Notes under the pieces: model-generated
The model's input: only the letters and a program-made list of their open reading frames with translations
Database searches by the model: none
Told to the model about the DNA's origin: nothing
Part shown: piece after piece, positions 60,520 through 64,000 of the stretch
Layout of the letters: each line of letters opens with the position of its first letter
Numbering within the stretch: the first letter of the stretch is position 1
Position numbers and translations under genes: made by a program
Origin: an uncultured Alphaproteobacteria bacterium
GTDB taxonomy: Bacteria > Pseudomonadota > Alphaproteobacteria > HIMB59 > GCA-002718135
Assembly (NCBI GenBank): GCA_902610845.1
Contig: CACLXJ010000003.1
Location: 36,069-100,068 of the forward strand
Reading direction: 5' to 3'
Length of the DNA: 64,000 nt

Positions 60520-60789
60520 ATGAAAATTATTATGAATGTTAAATTAAAAGAAGGTTATGAAAAATGGAAAAATCTTTTTCTCAGTGTTGATATTCATAGA
60601 GAAAAATATGGAATAAAAGTTTTAGCATATGGACATCCTAAAGATGATGAAACTAAAATTTATCAAGTTTTAGAAATTGAATCGATGGAAAAAATGCAAC
60701 AAGCTATGCAAGATCCAGAATTAGCAAAACTTAGAACTGATGCTGGTGTTGATTTAGATAGTCAAGAACTAGTATTTTTAGTTGAGTAG
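60520..60789 (+). CDS. small dimeric alpha-beta barrel protein (DUF3764-like)
   Basis: YEKWK..F......R...GI and R..AGV pattern. Confidence 0.6.
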   Translation: MKIIMNVKLKEGYEKWKNLFLSVDIHREKYGIKVLAYGHPKDDETKIYQVLEIESMEKMQQAMQDPELAKLRTDAGVDLDSQELVFLVE

Positions 60790-60896
60790 ATTTTAACAAA
60801 AAACTAAACTATAAACTTATGGGGTATAAAGCCCTCTCCACTAAGGGAGTTTTGCCTTATTAATATTAAATGATTAGTATTTTCTTTAATAAATTA

Positions 60897-62501
60897 CTAA
60901 TTTGATCTTAATAATAAGTCTGTAGCTTTATCTGCTATTGCCATAGCTGGAGCATTAGTATTCGCTCCAACAATTGTTGGCATCATCGAGACATCAAAAA
61001 CTCTTAAATTTTTTATTCCCTTAACTTCAAGTTTTGTATTTAAAACAGCCATTTCATCATTATCTTTACCCATTTTACATGTTCCAACAGGGTGCCAATT
61101 TGTTTTAATCATTTTTTTTGAATAATTAATAAGATCTTCATCAGAATTTATGGATTGACCAGGAACTGTTTCCTCCAATACAATATCGGATAAAGGTTTT
61201 GTTTGAATAACCTTTCTTGCAAGTTTTACGGCATTTAACATAACATTCATATCATCTCCATGACTTAAGAAATTTGGATCAATAAGAGGTAAATCTAATG
61301 GATTGGCAGATTGAATTCTAACCTCTCCTCTTGATTTTGGATTCATCAGACAAGATGTAAGAGTTAAACCGTGATCAGGTTCTATACCTTTTGTATCTCT
61401 ATCAGTATACATTATGGGCACACAATACAGTTTGATTTTTGGATCAATTTTATCTTCTAAATTTTCTGGGTTAAAAAAAGAACAACTATCAACACCTTGG
61501 GATCGAACAGGGCCTGAATTAAATAATAAATACTGAATTCCATTTTTTATCATTCGCCATCCTTCATCTTGTTTATAATAACTATAACCAGGTTTAACTC
61601 TGGAGATGACAGGCACTTCATGATGATCCTGCAAATTTTTACCTACACCTTTTAAATTTTCAATTACTGGAATATTAAATTTTTGTAATTGCTCTTCTTC
61701 CCCTATTCCTGAATGCATTAAAATTTTAGGTGTTACGTACGCTCCTGCAGTTAAAATAATATCATTCGCAAAATATTTAGTTGGTTTACCATTTGATACA
61801 CATTCCACACCAATAGCTTTTTTTTGATCAAGGATAATTTTTGTTACTACTGAATTAGTTTTAATTTCTAAATTTTTATTATTAGTTTTTGATTGTAAAA
61901 AAGCACTGTACACATCACACCTTTTGCCATTTCCAATAGTGTATTGCATAGTTCCTACACCGTATTGATCACCATCATTGAAATCATCATTATACGGCAA
62001 ACCCATAGCTTGCATTGTTTTGATATATAAATTTGTTCCTTCTACAATATAACCAGGATCAGAAACTTTTAAGTTACCTTTGTTTCCATGATATTCATTT
62101 TGAATACGTTGATTATTTTCAAGTTTAACAAAATGATTGAGTAAAGAGTTCCAGTTCCAATTACTATCTTCAGTCTCCTCTTCCCATTTATTATAATCTG
62201 ATGGTTTCCCTCGCATATATACCATACCGTTAACCTTTGAACCTCCACCAAGTGTTTTGGCTTGTGCTATAAAATGCTGACGGTTATTTAATTGTTTTTG
62301 TGGTATAGATTCATAAAATTTTAAGAATGGACTATTTTCTAAACCTTTAATCCAACCAGCTGGCATCGATAAAAGTAAATTATTGGATTTAATTCCTTCC
62401 TCTAAAATTAAAACAGATGCACCATGTTCAATTAATTTTGTTGCTGTAATAATTCCTGATGTTCCTCCACCGGCTATTATAAAATCATATTTTTTTGTCA
62501 T
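60897..62501 (-). CDS. GMC family oxidoreductase (choline dehydrogenase-like)
   Basis: YDFIIAGGG, LGGGSKVNGM, NLQDH, HPVGTCKMG and NTNAP motifs. Confidence 0.93.
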   Translation of the reverse strand: MTKKYDFIIAGGGTSGIITATKLIEHGASVLILEEGIKSNNLLLSMPAGWIKGLENSPFLKFYESIPQKQLNNRQHFIAQAKTLGGGSKVNGMVYMRGKPSDYNKWEEETEDSNWNWNSLLNHFVKLENNQRIQNEYHGNKGNLKVSDPGYIVEGTNLYIKTMQAMGLPYNDDFNDGDQYGVGTMQYTIGNGKRCDVYSAFLQSKTNNKNLEIKTNSVVTKIILDQKKAIGVECVSNGKPTKYFANDIILTAGAYVTPKILMHSGIGEEEQLQKFNIPVIENLKGVGKNLQDHHEVPVISRVKPGYSYYKQDEGWRMIKNGIQYLLFNSGPVRSQGVDSCSFFNPENLEDKIDPKIKLYCVPIMYTDRDTKGIEPDHGLTLTSCLMNPKSRGEVRIQSANPLDLPLIDPNFLSHGDDMNVMLNAVKLARKVIQTKPLSDIVLEETVPGQSINSDEDLINYSKKMIKTNWHPVGTCKMGKDNDEMAVLNTKLEVKGIKNLRVFDVSMMPTIVGANTNAPAMAIADKATDLLLRSN

Positions 62502-62505
62502 GAGT

Positions 62506-63732
62506 TTATTCGTATCTTAAGGCATCAATAGGATTTAAATTTGCAGCTTTTCTTGCTGGATAGAAACCAAATATAATTCCAATTGATGAAGAGAAAATAA
62601 AAGAGAGTACTATTGACATATAATCAAGACTCATTTTCCATTTAAAATATTCACTGACACCGAATATTACTCCTAATCCTAAAGCAATTCCTATAAGGCC
62701 TCCTATAAGTGATATCATTAATGATTCAATCAAGAACTGAAGAAGTATATCTCGTTTTTTTGCACCAACAGACATACAAACGCCAATTTCTTTTGTTCTC
62801 TCTGTAACAGTAACAAGCATAATGTTCATAATACCTATGCCCCCTACTATTAACGAAATACCTGCAACAGTTGCAAGAAGTATAGACATTACCCTTGATG
62901 ACTCTTGTCTAGCATTTAAAAATTGTGCGTAGTTTCTAATTACAAAATCAGGATTACCATTAGCAGAAATTTTATGAAGCTTTCGCATAACTGTATCAAC
63001 ATCTTTTTCTGTTTTAAAAAGTAAATCAGACGACCTTACATTAATAGTCATGCTACGAATTTGATCACCTGGAAATTTTTTTGCTACTAATCGTTGTTTA
63101 GCAGTTTTTAAGGGAACAATTATTGTATCATCTAAATCTGCCCAAGCTGTTCCACCTTTTGCATCTAGTAAGCCTATAACTGTAAATGGAACTTTATTAA
63201 TTCGAATGACTTCATCAATGGGACTATCAGTATCAAATAAATTTTTTTGAACAGTTTTACCTATAATGGCAACTCTTGAGCCTGAATCTAATTCTTCTTC
63301 TTCAAAACTTCTTCCATTTTCGAATTTCCAGTTTCCTAGATCAAAATAATCATTTGTTGTACCAGTAACTGTAGCAAGCCAATTATTTCCATTGGCAACA
63401 ATTTGTGTACTTAAGCTTACTCTTGGTGCGATAGCTTTTATTGCTGGTAATTCTTCTTTAAGAGCTTCCATATCTTTTAAAGTTAACGTGTTAACCGAAT
63501 TAGCACCCATCGATACACCTCTATTGGAAGAACTCTGAGACCTAACGATTAAGTTATTTGATCCAAATCGTTCTATTTGTTGTTCAACTTCAATCCTAGC
63601 ACCTGAGCCAATTGAAATCATAGTAATAACTGAACTAACACCAATGATGATACCAAGAGATGTTAAGATACTTCTTAAGATGTTGGAGCGTAAACTTTTT
63701 TGTGAGAGATATATAAGATCAGTTATTGACAT
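62506..63732 (-). CDS. MacB/FtsX-family ABC transporter permease
   Basis: [27 protein letters not shown] and PIDALRYE motifs. Confidence 0.92.
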   Translation of the reverse strand: MSITDLIYLSQKSLRSNILRSILTSLGIIIGVSSVITMISIGSGARIEVEQQIERFGSNNLIVRSQSSSNRGVSMGANSVNTLTLKDMEALKEELPAIKAIAPRVSLSTQIVANGNNWLATVTGTTNDYFDLGNWKFENGRSFEEEELDSGSRVAIIGKTVQKNLFDTDSPIDEVIRINKVPFTVIGLLDAKGGTAWADLDDTIIVPLKTAKQRLVAKKFPGDQIRSMTINVRSSDLLFKTEKDVDTVMRKLHKISANGNPDFVIRNYAQFLNARQESSRVMSILLATVAGISLIVGGIGIMNIMLVTVTERTKEIGVCMSVGAKKRDILLQFLIESLMISLIGGLIGIALGLGVIFGVSEYFKWKMSLDYMSIVLSFIFSSSIGIIFGFYPARKAANLNPIDALRYE

Positions 63733-64000
63733 TTTTTCTATCCTCTAAAATTCTACCATCTTTCATCTTTATTATTCTTGATCCATAATTAGCAATATCA
63801 TCTTCATGCGTTACGAGAACTATTGTTATCCCTTTTGCATTAAGATCATTCAGAATTTTCATTATTTCTAAACCTGTTTTACTATCCAAAGCACCTGTTG
63901 GTTCATCTGCTAAGATTAATTTAGGTGAACCAGCAATTGCTCTTGCTATAGATACTCTTTGTTGTTGACCGCCTGATAACTGATTAGGTCTGTGATGTAC
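63719..64000 (-). CDS. MacB/LolD-type ABC ATP-binding protein, C-terminal part (runs off window)
   Basis: Manual translation [19 protein letters not shown]...[10 protein letters not shown]. Confidence 0.9.
   Translation of the reverse strand, partial: VHHRPNQLSGGQQQRVSIARAIAGSPKLILADEPTGALDSKTGLEIMKILNDLNAKGITIVLVTHEDDIANYGSRIIKMKDGRILEDRKNVNN

Noticed and set aside
53486..60789. Integron with cassette array
   Set aside because: The recombinase is Cre-like and shows no IntI-specific insertion, gene orientations are mixed, and no repeated attC sites were seen
60819..60860. GC-rich imperfect hairpin after the 60520 gene as a structured RNA
   Set aside because: Lies between convergent genes and is adequately explained as a weak terminator
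1..64000. CRISPR arrays, tRNA, rRNA and IS elements
   Set aside because: No regularly spaced repeats, cloverleaf or rRNA-like GC-rich segments, or transposase ORFs were recognised by eye

Overview
Very AT-rich (roughly 25-30% GC by eye), gene-dense chromosomal DNA. The gene content (tandem glycine riboswitch-gcvTHP, dmdA, many carbohydrate ABC transporters) suggests a streamlined marine alphaproteobacterium such as SAR11 or HIMB59/AEGEAN-169; this taxonomy is an inference. Layout: (1) 1-24.4 kb housekeeping, C1 and sulfur genes: anmK fragment, a candidate orphan sRNA, glycine cleavage system, rseP, cysE-cysK-like-cystathionine lyase, an inverted-domain photolyase, dmdA and two EamA transporters. 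(2) 24.5-44.8 kb an arabinoside/arabinose utilisation island with GH127, GH51, GH2, L-KDA dehydratase, LacI and two ABC systems, one of which has four MalG-like paralogs. (3) 44.8-50.9 kb a compact cyclic-nucleotide and ion-channel cluster. (4) 51-60.8 kb a patchwork of short genes around a Cre-like tyrosine recombinase that has a dif-like palindromic site directly upstream. (5) A GMC oxidoreductase and a MacB-type ABC transporter at the end. No rRNA, tRNA, CRISPR array or IS element was recognised. All calls come from motif recognition by eye, with no database searches.
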